DNA of 63,825 bases, filler included, from Folioceros fuciformis (GCA_049999805.1; 31 parts of 31 records of this genome joined end to end with filler, not necessarily neighbours in it); one strand, 5' to 3'; shown: positions 36,817-49,845, counted from the first letter of the whole stretch. Notes: a model not told the origin generated them from the letters alone. Numbers and translations are program-made.

Positions 36817-39448
36817 ATGAGGTCACGGCCAGTGTTGCTACCGGGAGTAACGGTACCTGAGCAGGAGGGAGACTCCCCTGTACCGAGGATTGACGTGCTC
36901 CTGTGGCCCAACATGGAGCACTAGAGGGTCAAAGCCGGAGGACTAGTCGGAGAAGTAGGCCTCGGGTTCATGACCCAAAGGTGGAATCATGCGGAATCGC
37001 AGCTGGTTAGGGAGTGCGCCCTGAAAATGAGAGAGCCGGTCCAAGAAGGGGGAATTTGCGGAAGACCCTAGGCATGGAACTTGGAGCTGGTAAGGCGAGT
37101 GTATGGCCGCGACCAACAGGAGGAGGGGGGACTGGTGCCGGAGTCCCTGAAGAAACGAGGTGGCACAGCGGAGGCCGAAGGGCTACTCAAACCAGGCACC
37201 AAGAACGAAGCCAACGGGAGGCTAGTCTGCGACATGGCCCACCCTTAGGTGATGGGTCTGGTTAGGTGGTTCCTATGTTTCCTGCAGGTTCGCAAGCACG
37301 ATTATCTATCCGACCATATGCTCCTGTTTGTGCACGAGGTGGTCAAGGGGAGCAAGGTGGACTAGGGGAAAATCCTGTATGCTAGGATGGACGAGGAAAG
37401 GCAGAATCTAACCCTGTCCTCTTCCCAACCTTCAATGATTTATCCCTTTCTAATTCATATCTACTGCTATGCTAATCTCGTGTCTGAGCTGGAGGTGCTC
37501 GCCTCACTGCACATGTGGAGACCAATAAGAGATATAAAGAGGAAGTCCACTGAGCCAGCAGGAGCCAACTCCAACAGCTGGGAGTCAGGCGATGTGGATA
37601 GTTCGGAGGAGGGGACTCCTGCCAGGCAGAAGAGAAGGGCAGGGTCAGGGAAATAGGCTCCCGCCAAGAGGAGACGGGCCAGTGGTCAGATTGTCAGAAA
37701 AGGAAGCGGGTCAACGTCACAGGAGGTAGGCCTGGAACGGGCTAAGAGGGAGCAGGGAGCTGTTCAAGAACCAGTAGACCAAGAGTCAGCAAAGCAGGAA
37801 CCGAACGAAGAGGAACTAGAAGCACCCCAGGAACATATGCCAGCGATGGAAGTGGCCCCTCCTGAGAAAAGGAGTGAATTAGGGCACGCTTCGGGGCAGG
37901 AAGCCTTCCCAGAATGGGAAGAGGTTTTTAGGAAAATTCCTCAGGTGGATAGGTTGCAGGCAGGGGAGCTGGAGAAGATACGAGCGCTGCTGGGGAGGTA
38001 GATAACCAAGAGGGGAATGGCTCTTGTGGGGTCGCTGGAGGTGGATCAGCCAGGACTAACCTCAGCCATGGTGCAAGCACAAGCGGACGTGTTGGACCAG
38101 GTGGCTAGGGCATTGATATGGTTGAGCAGGCAGGCGGAGAAGGAGGCCGAGGCCCGAAGTGGGGAGGCCAAGGCAAGAGGAAAGGAGTCCAAAGCCTGGA
38201 GACAGCTGGCGGAGTCTGAAACGGCACGACGGCTCATGGAAGAAGAGCGGCGGGTCCTAGCGAAGGCAAGGCACAAGCAGAGGAAGAGGCGCGCCAGGCC
38301 AAGGCAGAGATCGAGGCGCTGATGGAGCAACAGGAGTCGCTCCTAGCTCAGGTGAGGGTAGCCCATGAGACTAATTTGGAAATACAGCAGGATGTGGCCA
38401 AGGCTTAGGAGTAGGAGATGGCTGCGATGGAACAAGCCCAGAAGCTGGCGGACAGGTACAAACGGGAGCGGGACGAGGCCAGAGAGCGAGTAAAAGGGAA
38501 GGGCAAGGCTGGGCGCAGTGGTCGAACGACGACGCCGGTAGCTGAAAGGGCTACGGGTAGTCCAATTCCAGACCGGTAGCCGACGGGGCTACTGGTAGTC
38601 GTGTTCCAAAACCGGTAGCTAGAGGGGCTACCGGTAGTCGAATGGCCACATCAGTAGCCGGGGGGGCTACCAGTAGTCTCGCAATGCCCGAGGTAGTTGA
38701 AGGGGCTACCAGTGGGGGAGGTACGGCGCCGGTAGCTGAAGCCACGACCCTGGTAGCCGAAGAAGTAAGGGCAGAGGCGCCTCAGCCCAGGCATTCCAGG
38801 AGGGCGACTCGCACCAGGCGGACTAAGCTGGGGGAAGCAGTAGCAGCTGGGGTGATGGAGGACTCTCAGGTACCCTAGGAGGGTAGGGATCAGGCAGCCT
38901 GAAGTAGCCCAAGGGAGGAAGAGGTAAGCACCTCCCTTATGCCAGCGGGTCAGGTTATGCTGCAATATAAGGAGGAGGCCTTTTATGTGCCAGGCCTCTA
39001 TGTGGAGGGAGCCCGAGTTCTGAAGCTGTTTTTGTATGTACGTATGGGCACAAGAGGGGCGTGGGGCTATGGCCTACAACTGAAGACCCGCAGGGGCATC
39101 TACTACTACTGCTGGCAGGTATGGGGGCTGCCTCATTGCTATTCTGAGGCAGTCTTGGAGAAACTGACGGAGGAGGAGGCGCAGCGGTGGGTTGAACGGG
39201 AGCCTGTCTCATCCTCAATAATCGGCAACGGAGGGAAGAGAGGAATTTCCTGCAACGGGACCCACCTGCGCCGCCGCCAACGAGGGCCAGCAACAGTAGC
39301 AGTGAGGTGGAGGTCTTGTGGGAGGACCTGCTTGACCAGCGGCGGGGCAAGAGGGCTAGAGGCAGACCAGTTGGAGGAGGAGCGCGATGGCCAGGAGGAA
39401 GGCGCCAACGGCAAAGAGGGAGGTGATAGTAATTACAATCTAGACTAG
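36817..39448 (+). pseudogene. Second full-length ORF-X copy, degenerate
   Basis: Colinear with 31858-34295, with an expanded ctaccggtag-type repeat block at ~38530-38760. The end is approximate because of frameshifts. Confidence 0.8.
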
Positions 39449-39765
39449 TTTTTTTTAGATTGTTTTTGCTTGGACCTAAGCCGCTCAGAATTTAAGAGCG
39501 CTGACTGACTCCTGACAGACTTTATGGTAGAAAGATTGCCACTACCGTGTACAAGAGGCCAGTTTGAGGCCTCGGAAAAATCAGTAAGGAACCAGCCAGA
39601 CATTCCGACATTGTGAAAGCCTAGCGATGGCCGTTGTTGGATAGAAGGTCCTGGCAAGCGAGCGGNNNNNNNNNNNNNNNNNNNNNNNNNNNNNNNNNNN
39701 NNNNNNNNNTTAATTAATTAANNNNNNNNNNNNNNNNNNNNNNNNNNNNNNNNNNNNNNNNNNNN

Positions 39766-41477
39766 GTAGTGCGGTAGTCCACGGGACTACCGGTAGTCGG
39801 GTAGCCGACGGGGCTACTGGCAGCCCAGCAAGGCCTAGGATAGCTGAAGCACCAACCCTGGAAACGAAGGAGGAAGCAGTAGCGGCGCTTGCCCCTAGGC
39901 GCTCTAGGAGGGTGACCCGTACCAGGAGGATAGAGCCGGAGGAGGCAACAGCTGGGCAGGCAGAGAACCTTCAGGTGCCCCAGCAGGAGGGGGAGCAGGC
40001 AACCCGAGGTAGCCCAAGGGAGGACGGGGTAAGCACCTCTGTTATGACAGAAGGACGAATTGTGCTGCAGTATGAGGAGGAGGCCTCCTATGTGCCAGGC
40101 GTGTATGTAGAAGCCGCCAGAGTTCTGAAGCTGTTTCTGTATGTACGTATGGGCACCAGAGGGACGCGGGGCTACGGCCTACAATTGAGGACGCGCCTAG
40201 GACTCTACCACTACAGCTGGTGGGTGACAGGACTACCCCACTGCTATGCGAAGGCAGTTCTGGAGGAACTGACAGAAGAGGAGGCCTAGCGCTGGGTAGA
40301 ACGGGGGCCTGTGGCTGTCCTCAACAACCAGAGAAGGAGGAGGAGTGGTGGACCACAGCGGCGGGACCCACTTGCGCCGCCAGCCAGGTCCAGCAGTAGC
40401 AGCAGTGATGTGGAGATCTTTTGGGAGGATTTTCGGACCAAGGTAGGGGCAGAAGAGCGAGAAGAGGGGCAGCAAGGGGTGACACTCGAAGGCCAGGAGG
40501 ATGCCGCTAGTGGCGTGGGAAAGGGCGATAGTAAATGCAGGTTAGAATAGGATTTTTTTAGCGTGCTTTATTTGGACCTAAGTCGCTCAGAATTTAAGAG
40601 CGCAGCTCCCCTGCCTGACAGACTTTATGGTGGAAAAAACCGTCATCACCGTGTACAAGAGGTTGGTTTTAAGGCTTAAGAAATCAGCAAGAAGCAGCCG
40701 AACAGTCGACCTTGCAGGGACCTAGCGATGGCCGTTGCTGGACAGGAGGTCCAGGCAAGCGAGTGCACGTAGCAACCTGGGGTGCGAGTGTAGGTGGTGG
40801 GCGCTCCGTGATCAGGTTCGGGGACGAATCAGGAGGAGGAGCCATGCCGAGTGGGAGAGAAGCTCCCTAGCTATGCTCGAGGTGGTCACGTGGGGTGGTG
40901 CGGGTGTCGGAGCCGAATCCGCGAGTGCGGAGTGAAAGGGACTCCTCTTCCCTTAGCTCCGGTACCTCACCATTCCTCAATGTTAATAGGAGCCCAAGAG
41001 GGGCATCGCTGAGAAAGAAGACTGAAGAACTAAAGAAAGGAGAGCGCGGGAGTGCGCGTGTGTGAGAAGGAGGAGGAGCGAGTGGCTGAGTAATGGGTAA
41101 GAGCGAATGCGAAAACAAAGCCAGAAGGAGTGGAGCAGGAAGTGAACCGGAGTGGAAGTGATTCGATGACTGTTAAGATGGGCAGAATGTATACAGCAAA
41201 CTGGTGAGTGGGGTAAGAGAGAACAAAGTCGGGGAAACCCCGGAGGCAAGGTAGGTAATGAGTTGCAACGAGACGTGGTGTGTATGTGTGACTGGTCGCG
41301 ATGAGACTGGAGAGGCTGTGAAGAAGGTGAATTGAGACTGCAGGGGGTGTACCTAAGGTGTGAGATCACACAAGTGGAAGGCGTCCAACAGATTACTGCT
41401 GTTCATGTGTGCGTGAGTTTATTTCTGAGGTGAGTGAGGCGGTTTTGTGGTGAACCAAGGAAGGGAAGCGCAAAAGG
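39766..41477 (+). mobile_element. ORF-X family, C-terminus plus 3' region
   Basis: Contains the EGRIVLQYEEEASY domain; the 3' region matches 48790-49700. Confidence 0.85.
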
Positions 41478-41577
41478 NNNNNNNNNNNNNNNNNNNNNNN
41501 NNNNNNNNNNNNNNNNNNNNNTTAATTAATTAANNNNNNNNNNNNNNNNNNNNNNNNNNNNNNNNNNNNNNNNNNNN

Positions 41578-42166
41578 TGCCAGATCCACGCTTATACAGA
41601 GAGCTGGACTCGAAAGAAGAGACTTCATGGCCCATTGGATGTGGCAGTGCTGGGTTTCTTACACTGCTGCCCCTGGAGCCCATTTCACCACCTGTACGCC
41701 TTCCAGGTTCAGGATCATCTGGAGAGCTGGAGGTGGAAGGAGCGGAACCGTGATCCATCTGCATATCCAAGGAGACGAGCCTGTCATCAACCCAAGCTGG
41801 CTTAAACATGTTGTCCAACCACAGCACCTCGCCGGAACCCTTACGCCGGAAGTGAGGGGAACGGGAGCTCTTGTCTCGTCTGTTATCCCACCACATGGTA
41901 GGGTCCAGAAAAAGTTGTTGCCACAAATGCTCCTGCTGCTCCTGGCAACTACCAGCATCGTCGGAAAACCCGTCCCTGCCCACACACGTTCTCGTTCTCG
42001 GAGGTGGCAGTGCTGGGCTCCTCACACTGCTGCACCTGGAGCCTTTGTTTGCAAAGGGTTCACTCCCGAAGCTGAGGTGAGCGGGGGTTCCTGGTAGAGT
42101 CCTTGTACACACACCAATTCCAATTTGTTGGGTCCACGACAGGTCCGGTTGCCATACTGTGGCCAT
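41578..42166 (-). CDS. Partial ORF with an OSB-type 'PDF' ssDNA-binding motif
   Basis: LWQQLFLDPTMWWDNRRDKSSRSPHFRRKGSGEVLWL..KPAWV matches the WWDNR..K...PDF.....GEALW pattern. The ORF is open to the gap. Confidence 0.65.
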
Positions 42167-44541
42167 CGTTCAAGCACCGCTGTCGGAAGATGACTCTAAC
42201 AAAAGTCTCGTCTAGCCAGATCCCCGGCCTGGTACACTGTACATACCTATGTATGACCAGAGCAGCCTGAAGGGGTGAACAGTGAGCCGTCCTGCCTAAA
42301 TGGGTGAGCCGTCCTATAACACCTGTGGCCGAGCTGTCGGACTGGTCCTTCAGACCACTTGACCATGTGACGGATATTAGGTGGTAACTTTATGTTTCAG
42401 TTTAGTTCCAGTTTAGACTTGTCAGCTGCCATCAGAAAAAGAAGATTTTCATCTAAGACTTGTCAACGTTAAGTGCATGTCAACCTACATACGCCACGAA
42501 ATTTTAAACGAGCCATGGTATCACGGTCTCTGTTTCTCATCACGCAGTTGGGTCAGTTGGTATCTTGAAGGCCGAAACGGCAACGCGGTCCTGGATGTGA
42601 CTAGACGAGGAATTGCCGTTAAGTAAAAGTCTAGATATGTGCCTCGCACTGCCTGGATTGTGANNNNNNNNNNNNNNNNNNNNNNNNNNNNNNNNNNNNN
42701 NNNNNNNTTAATTAATTAANNNNNNNNNNNNNNNNNNNNNNNNNNNNNNNNNNNNNNNNNNNNATGAGCGAGAGTAGTGCTAGTGCTCACGCCCATCATC
42801 TGAGCCGTGATCGCTTGCGCGCGCAAGCGTGATGGTAACTGTTCAGACACACCGATGGCGGTGACAGAGTAGCGTACGTTTGTACCTTGTACATCAAACA
42901 TCCATTGACATGAAGGAAGGCCATACAGGTGGCTAAGCTAGGTGAGTATACATATATCCCATATGTACCCAACTCAAATATTTGCTTCCTTTATCACCTG
43001 GGGATCTCTTGAGTGCTTGCTCGATTCGTTCCACGACGTGTGTTAACGGTCTCCGCTTTATGAGGACACCGAACGGATTCAATTACTGCAGTTCAGTTCA
43101 ATCACTGCAGTCTGCCCTGCCCAGAGATGCATGCACCAGGTAGGTCCTGAGGTTCTCCGTGGTATTCGTATGCCTGGAACACAATCAGTGCCCAGTCAGG
43201 CACTGCCCCCTGTTGCACAAAACTTCCGTGGGAAATGTAGAAATTCGCTGTGCCATTAACACTATCTTAGTAAACAGCCGCCACTTTGGGTGGAGTATCG
43301 TCTCAATTTATTTGCCACCAAGTGATGTAGGCAAGGCAAGGCAAGCATATAAAATAATGCTATCAGCACTAAAAGAAGTTGTTTAGCCAGAGAGAACTAA
43401 ATGTGAGTACTATGAAGAAGATGTGGATCACCAAGGCAGGCCAAGAAGTTAAATGTTATTCAAACAATGTTTAGTTTTCGGATTGGACTCGGTTGCACTT
43501 CTTTTCTTTTGCTGAAGTAGAAATAGAATATCCAAAATATTCAACTACCAAAAATATTACAAAGTTTCAACTTGTGTTTCATGACATTGAAAGATGACTT
43601 CCTTTTTATTTCTGAATTGAGTGGTGCAAAGAAAAGGTACGCATATTGTTAAGTGCACCAACCAGCACATGGCACATTGGGTTGGGTGGGTGTTTGTTTG
43701 CAAATTTTTTAAAATAATTATAGAATATAAATCTAAAAAAATAAAATATTTTGTTGCAATGTATTCGGGCAAAGATAGGCAAAGATTTTCAATAGGTGGA
43801 TTAAGAGCTGGATGGATGGATTTTTTAGCATAAGTACTTCCCGCATGGGCATGGATTATCATTATGCTTGGAACACTATTTCTAAATTCTATATCTATAA
43901 AAGATAGTTTAGTATACTTCTCTGTAGTTTCACCCCATACCTGGGGAATCGTCCCTTGTTCACAGGGGGCTTGGGGAGCCGGCTTTGTTAACAATAAAAT
44001 TGGCTTCTTGCTAGAACAATCTAAGTGGAAATTGACTGCTTGGGGGAAGGCCTTGGAGCGAACAAGGGAAGGCCCCAAAGCGGACAACCATCAACTAGGG
44101 AAGGCCTCTCGAAGTTGATGTCGCTATGATATGCCGTACCAAAGCTTAGGGAGAAGTGTACACACTCATTTTAATCCTTCTAGAAACCGTAGATTTGGGT
44201 AGGCTGATATTGATAAAGGCAAGCTCAACTTGGTGAAGGCAAGGAAAATTTCAAAAGCAAACGGGTTGTTCCTTCTACCTCTACCTCTACCTTTGTAGGT
44301 ACAGAGACTACAAGTTGCCAATCTTGGCGGTCCACCCGAATTGTCAAAGTCTACAAGCTACAAACCATCAAGATTCCTCTATACTTGCAAGTAACCAAGT
44401 TTCCTAGCACTCTATCCGTCCCAACAAGCTTGTAGATACACNNNNNNNNNNNNNNNNNNNNNNNNNNNNNNNNNNNNNNNNNNNNTTAATTAATTAANNN
44501 NNNNNNNNNNNNNNNNNNNNNNNNNNNNNNNNNNNNNNNNN

Positions 44542-45445
44542 GCCCACCACCTACACCCGCACCCCAGGTTGCTACGTGCGCTCGCTTGCCTGGACCTCCC
44601 ATCCAGCAACGGCCATCGCTAGGTCCCTGCAGGGTCGACTGTCCGGCTGGTTCTTGCTTCTTTCTTAGGCCTTCAAACCGGCCTCTTGTACACGGTGATG
44701 GCGGTTTTCCCGCCATAAAGTCTGTTAGGCAGGGGAGGTGCGCTCTTAAATTCTGAGCGACTTGGGTCCAAATAAAGCACACTAAAAAAAAACTAATCTA
44801 GCCTGCATTTACTATCGCCCTGTCCCACGCCTCTGACGGCTTCCTCCTGGCCTTCGCACGTCACCCCTCGCTGCTCCTCCTCTTGCTCTTCTGCCTCTCC
44901 GTTGGTCCGGCAGATCCTCCCAGAGGATCTCCACATCATTGCTGCTACTGCTGGGCCTGGCTAGCGGCGCAGGTGGGTCCCGCCATTGTGGTCCACCACC
45001 CCTCCTCCTTCTCTGGTTGCTGAGGACAGCCACAGGCTCCCGTTCTACCCAGCGCTGGGCCTCCTCTTCTGTCAGTTCCCCCAGAACTGCCTCCGCATAG
45101 TAGTGGGGCAGCCCTGTCACCCACCATCTGTAGTGGTAGAGTCCCAGGCGCATCCTTAGTTGTAGGACATAGCCCCGCGTCCCTCCTATGCCCATACGTA
45201 CATACATAAACAGCTTCAGAACTCTGGCCCCTTCTACATACAGGCCTGGCACATAGGAGGCCTCCTCCTCATACTGCAGCACAATCCGACCTTCTGTCAT
45301 AACAAAGGTGCTTACCCCACCCTCCCTTGGGCTACGGGTTGCCTGCTCCCCCCTCCTTCTGGGGTACATGAAGGTTCTCTGCCTGCCCAGCTGTTGCCTC
45401 CTCCGGCTCTGTTCTCCTGGTACGGGCCACCCTCCTAGAGCGCCT
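44542..45445 (-). mobile_element. ORF-X family C-terminus, interrupted by the 325-bp-type LTR at 45446
   Basis: The 185-aa ORF at 44812-45369 has an intact C-terminal domain and an Arg-rich tail. Confidence 0.85.
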
Positions 45446-45710
45446 TGTAGGGTTATTAAAGCCCAATGTGCCTAGACTAATGTGTTTAGTCTAAGATTAG
45501 TGTCTAGTTAAGTATCATTAGTTTAGATTAGCTTAAGCTAATCTCTAGGAAACTTCTTGTGCAGCTTCCTGTGGGCTTCTTGTGAAGCTTCCTAGGGAGC
45601 TCTTCTAGAGNNNNNNNNNNNNNNNNNNNNNNNNNNNNNNNNNNNNNNNNNNNNTTAATTAATTAANNNNNNNNNNNNNNNNNNNNNNNNNNNNNNNNNN
45701 NNNNNNNNNN

Positions 45711-46624
45711 TGCCATACTTCTGCAACATATCCTTAGCATATTGTTTTTGGAATAGCTAGATTCCTTGAGGTGTAGACACAACCTCAATTTCTAAGAAGT
45801 ATCTGAGTTCACCAAGATCCTTCACCTTGAACTCTTTTTGCAGATTCGCCTTGACATTTGCAATACCATCTGCATCATCTCATGTTATGATCAGGTTTGT
45901 CAACATAAACGACAAGACACACTTGTCCTACCTTGGTCTGTTTTACAAACAGACTGTGATCTGCGTCTCCAACCACAAACCCTCGCTCCTTCAAATAGCT
46001 TGTGATACGAGCATTCCATGCTCTAGGGGCCTGTTTGAGTCCATACAATGTCTTCTTCAGTTTGCAGACGTATGTTGGAAACTTAGGATGAACATAGCCT
46101 TCAGGCTGTTCCACGTACACTTCCTCCTGCAACTCACCATTCAAGAAGGCATTCTTGACATCCATTTGCCATAACTTCCATCCTTTAGCTGCTGCTAATG
46201 CTATGATTGTCCTTACAGTTGTCATCTTGGCTACTGGACTAAAGGTTTCCTCATAATCAAGACCATACTGTTGTGCATATTGCTTTGCAACCAACTTGGC
46301 CTTGTAACGCTCCAACGTTCCATCTGACTTGAACTTTAGCTTGTACACCCGCTTAGAACCAATAGGAACCTTGTCATCAGGCAATTGAACCAAATCCCAC
46401 TTTCCGTTCTCAACTAATGCTGAGTATTCTTCATCCATGGCTTGACACCACTTATAGAGATGGAGCAGCTGAATTCATTTTCAGCATGCTTTTTGAAGTC
46501 CTTAAAAGACTCGAACACTTCATCCTTATGCTTCAGTATGTACAGCCACGTGTACCTACTGAAATCATCAATGAAGGAGACATAGTAGTGGGCTCCTCCA
46601 AACGATGCATTCTGTGAAGGACCC
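45711..46624 (-). mobile_element. Ty1/Copia fragment with integrase start fused to RT by an internal deletion
   Basis: FIDDFSRYTWLY..AENE directly abuts [32 protein letters not shown]. An LTR terminus is inserted at 46625. Confidence 0.88.
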
Positions 46625-48273
46625 TGTGGAGTGATTTCTTGCACCCAAGAACCACCCAAGGGGCCACACATTCCCCTATTATCGTTGCAGTCCTATGGTT
46701 CGCTCCCAAGGGAGTGAACTAGTGCCAAGGAACACTACCTATCACACTTCTACCTATCAGCCGGTCTATAGGCCTGNNNNNNNNNNNNNNNNNNNNNNNN
46801 NNNNNNNNNNNNNNNNNNNNTTAATTAATTAANNNNNNNNNNNNNNNNNNNNNNNNNNNNNNNNNNNNNNNNNNNNGTTGTGTACAAATGTAAACATCAA
46901 TTTTTACGAAATTATAAGCAAATTTGCGGGTGTCCTTGCATTCAAATACGTGACAAAACTCCATAATATGGCGGGTATCTCATAATTCAGGTGTTATCTG
47001 ATTCCATGTAAAGTCCTGCGTGTTTCAGCTACACCTCATATCAGTTGACCCTATTCTTGAAAATTATCACTCGTCGATGTCTATCTGCATTTTCCAAAAA
47101 TTTAAGCGGGATAGACCGCCAGTCAACCGACATACAACAAGTTGAAGTGCGCCCCTAGACCGGCGCACTTTACCAAAGTGTGCGCCGGTTGACCGGCGCA
47201 CATTACCAAAGTCACATATTTGGCAATTGAAAAGCGAAACTTGCCTGCCGCTCAATACAAAAGTTATCATACCGGTTTGAACTTAATACTTTTATCCAAA
47301 CGTCTAACAAGTTTTCATTATTTTCATGCAGTAGTGTTTCCTGGTCGTGATTGAGGACGTATAGGTTTTTGCGAATCAGGGTCCTTGTGCGGGAGTGAAG
47401 CTGTTTTTGGCGTGTTAAATCAAATCCATACGCTAGAATGAAAGTGTCTTCAATCAATAATGTATCTATATTCTTCCGAAGTCTTCTGCTTGGCCTGCGT
47501 CTGCAACCTGCTCATAACCCTCTTGGCGGATCTTCATGTGGTAAAATAATCTCTTCTTGGTAATGACCCTCAAAAGCATCTGAACATTTGGTGACCCACC
47601 AGTGCACTTTCACATATGGTTTTTTGTATGTAACATCAGCCTCTAAGACTTTAGCAATCCAAAACGGCCTATTGTCTTCATTAGTCTCACAAGGGACAGC
47701 AATCCTATGCCCTTTTTATATTTCTATTATGTCTCCGTTCAAACTTTCACAGTCGTCAAGGAGTTACGCCTCCCTACGGTGTGCACCCACATACATGTTT
47801 CTTCTGGGAATCTCGTGGATCCGTGGATTGTGAACAACGATTTCGTCCAGAACAGTTACGGGTGCATTCAATAATTCTGGCTCCTCTCGATTATACCACC
47901 TTCAAGAAGAATCGAGGTCTCTATCTACACTGGAGTTGATTGAATGCACGATAGCCTCTTACTCTGCCCAAAACCCATCCCACCACGAGTTCTCGCCTGC
48001 TTCTAAGTGTTGTCTTAATCTCAACTCCAGTTTTGATCTGATTTGTGCTAGATGATATTCAAGCACATTGTCCGGAATTGTCCTCTGTTTTTTGCTTAGG
48101 GTTTAGGGTTTTTCTCTCTCTTGTGATCTTGAACTGGTGTTGGAACGAAATATTGTGCAGTGGTTGAACAGCTNNNNNNNNNNNNNNNNNNNNNNNNNNN
48201 NNNNNNNNNNNNNNNNNTTAATTAATTAANNNNNNNNNNNNNNNNNNNNNNNNNNNNNNNNNNNNNNNNNNNN

Positions 48274-49845
48274 GGGTAAGCACCTCTGTTATGACAGAAG
48301 GTCGGATTGTGCTGCAGTATGAGGAGGAGGCCTCTTATGTGCCAGGCCTGTATGTAGAAGGGGCCAGAGTTGTGAAGCTGTTTCTGTATGTACGTATGGG
48401 CACAGGAGGGACGCAGGCCTATAGTTGAGGACGCGCCTGGGACTCTACCACTACAGTAGGTGGGTGACAGGACTGCCCCACTGCTATGCGGAGGCAGTTC
48501 TGGAGGAACTGACGGAAGAGGAGGCCCAGCGCTGGGTAGAACAGGGGCCTGTGGCTGTCCTCAGCAACCAGAGAAGGAGGAGGAGTGGTGGACCACAGCG
48601 GCGGGACCCACTTGCGCCGCCAGCCAGGTCCAGCAGTAGCAGCAGTGATGTGGAGATCCTCTAGGAGGATCTACCGGACCAATAGAGGGGCAGAAGAGCG
48701 AGAGGAGGGGCAGCAAGGGGTGACACGCGAAGGCTAGGAGGAAGCCGCCAGCGGCGTGGGAAAGGGTGATAGTAAATGTAGGCTAGAATAGGATTTTTTA
48801 GCGTGCTTTATTTGGACCTAAGTTGCTCAGAATTTAAGAGCGCAGCTCCCCTGCCTGACAGACTTTATGGCGGAAAAAACCGCCATCACCGTGTACAAGA
48901 GGCCGGTTTGAAGGCCTAAGGAATCAGCAAGAACCAACCGAACAGTCGACCTTGCAAGGACCTAGCGATGGCCGTTGCTGGACAGGAGGTCCAGGCAAGC
49001 GAGCGCACGTAGTAACCTGGGGTGCGGGTGTAGGTGGTGGGCGCTCCGTGATCAAGCCCAAGGACGAATCGGGAGGAGGAGCGTCGCCGAGTGGGAGAGA
49101 AGCTACCCAGCTATCCTCGAGGTGGTTACGTGGAGTGGTGCGGGTGTCGGATCCGAATCCGCGAGTTTGGAGTGGAAGGGACTCCTCTTCCCTTAGCCCC
49201 GGTACCTCACCATTCCTCAACGTTAATAGGAGCCCAGGAGGGGGCATCGCTGAGAAAGAAGACTGAAGAACCGGAGAAAGGAGAGTGCGGGAGTGCGCGT
49301 GTGTGAGAAGGAGAAGGAGCGAGTGGCCGAGTAGTGGGTAAGAGCGAATGCGAAAAGGAAGCCAGAAGGAGTGGAGCAGAAAGTGAAGTGGAGTGGAAGT
49401 GAGTCGACGATTGTTAAGACGGGCAAAATGTATACAGAGAATTGGTGAGTGGGGTAAGAGAGAACAAAGCCGGGGAAACCCCGGAGGCGAGGCGGGTAAT
49501 GTGTGTGGGGTGCAACGAGACGTGGTGTGTATGTGTGACTGGTCGCGATGAGACTGGAGAGGCTGTGAAGAAGCTGAATTGAGACCGCAGAGGGTGTATC
49601 TAAGGTGTGAGATCACGCGGGTGGAAGGTGTTCAATAGATTGCTGCTATTCATGTGTGCGTGCGCTTGTTTCTGAGGTGAGTGAGGCGGTTTTGTGGTGA
49701 ACCATGGAAGGGAAGCGCAAAAGGGGATGCGTGGGCAGGAGGTAATAAGTCGGGTAGGAACCACCCGGTGGGAGAGAAAACCCTAGAGAGAGGGAAGTGA
49801 GAGAGAGAGGGAGAGTGGGACCCACGAGCGGTAGACCGTCAGGCG
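48274..49845 (+). mobile_element. ORF-X family, C-terminus plus the longest 3' region
   Basis: Nucleotide homology to 40027-41477. Confidence 0.85.

Noticed and set aside
43159-44118. Possible LINE endonuclease fragment (IVSIYLPP) and a 176-aa ORF
   Set aside because: There is only a single short motif and no supporting APE or RT motifs, so it cannot be called.
48924-49616. 230-aa antisense ORF in the ORF-X 3' region
   Set aside because: It has low-complexity L/S/P/H composition and a non-ATG start, and the frame is broken differently in the homologous copies (40867-41369 and 30356-30830).
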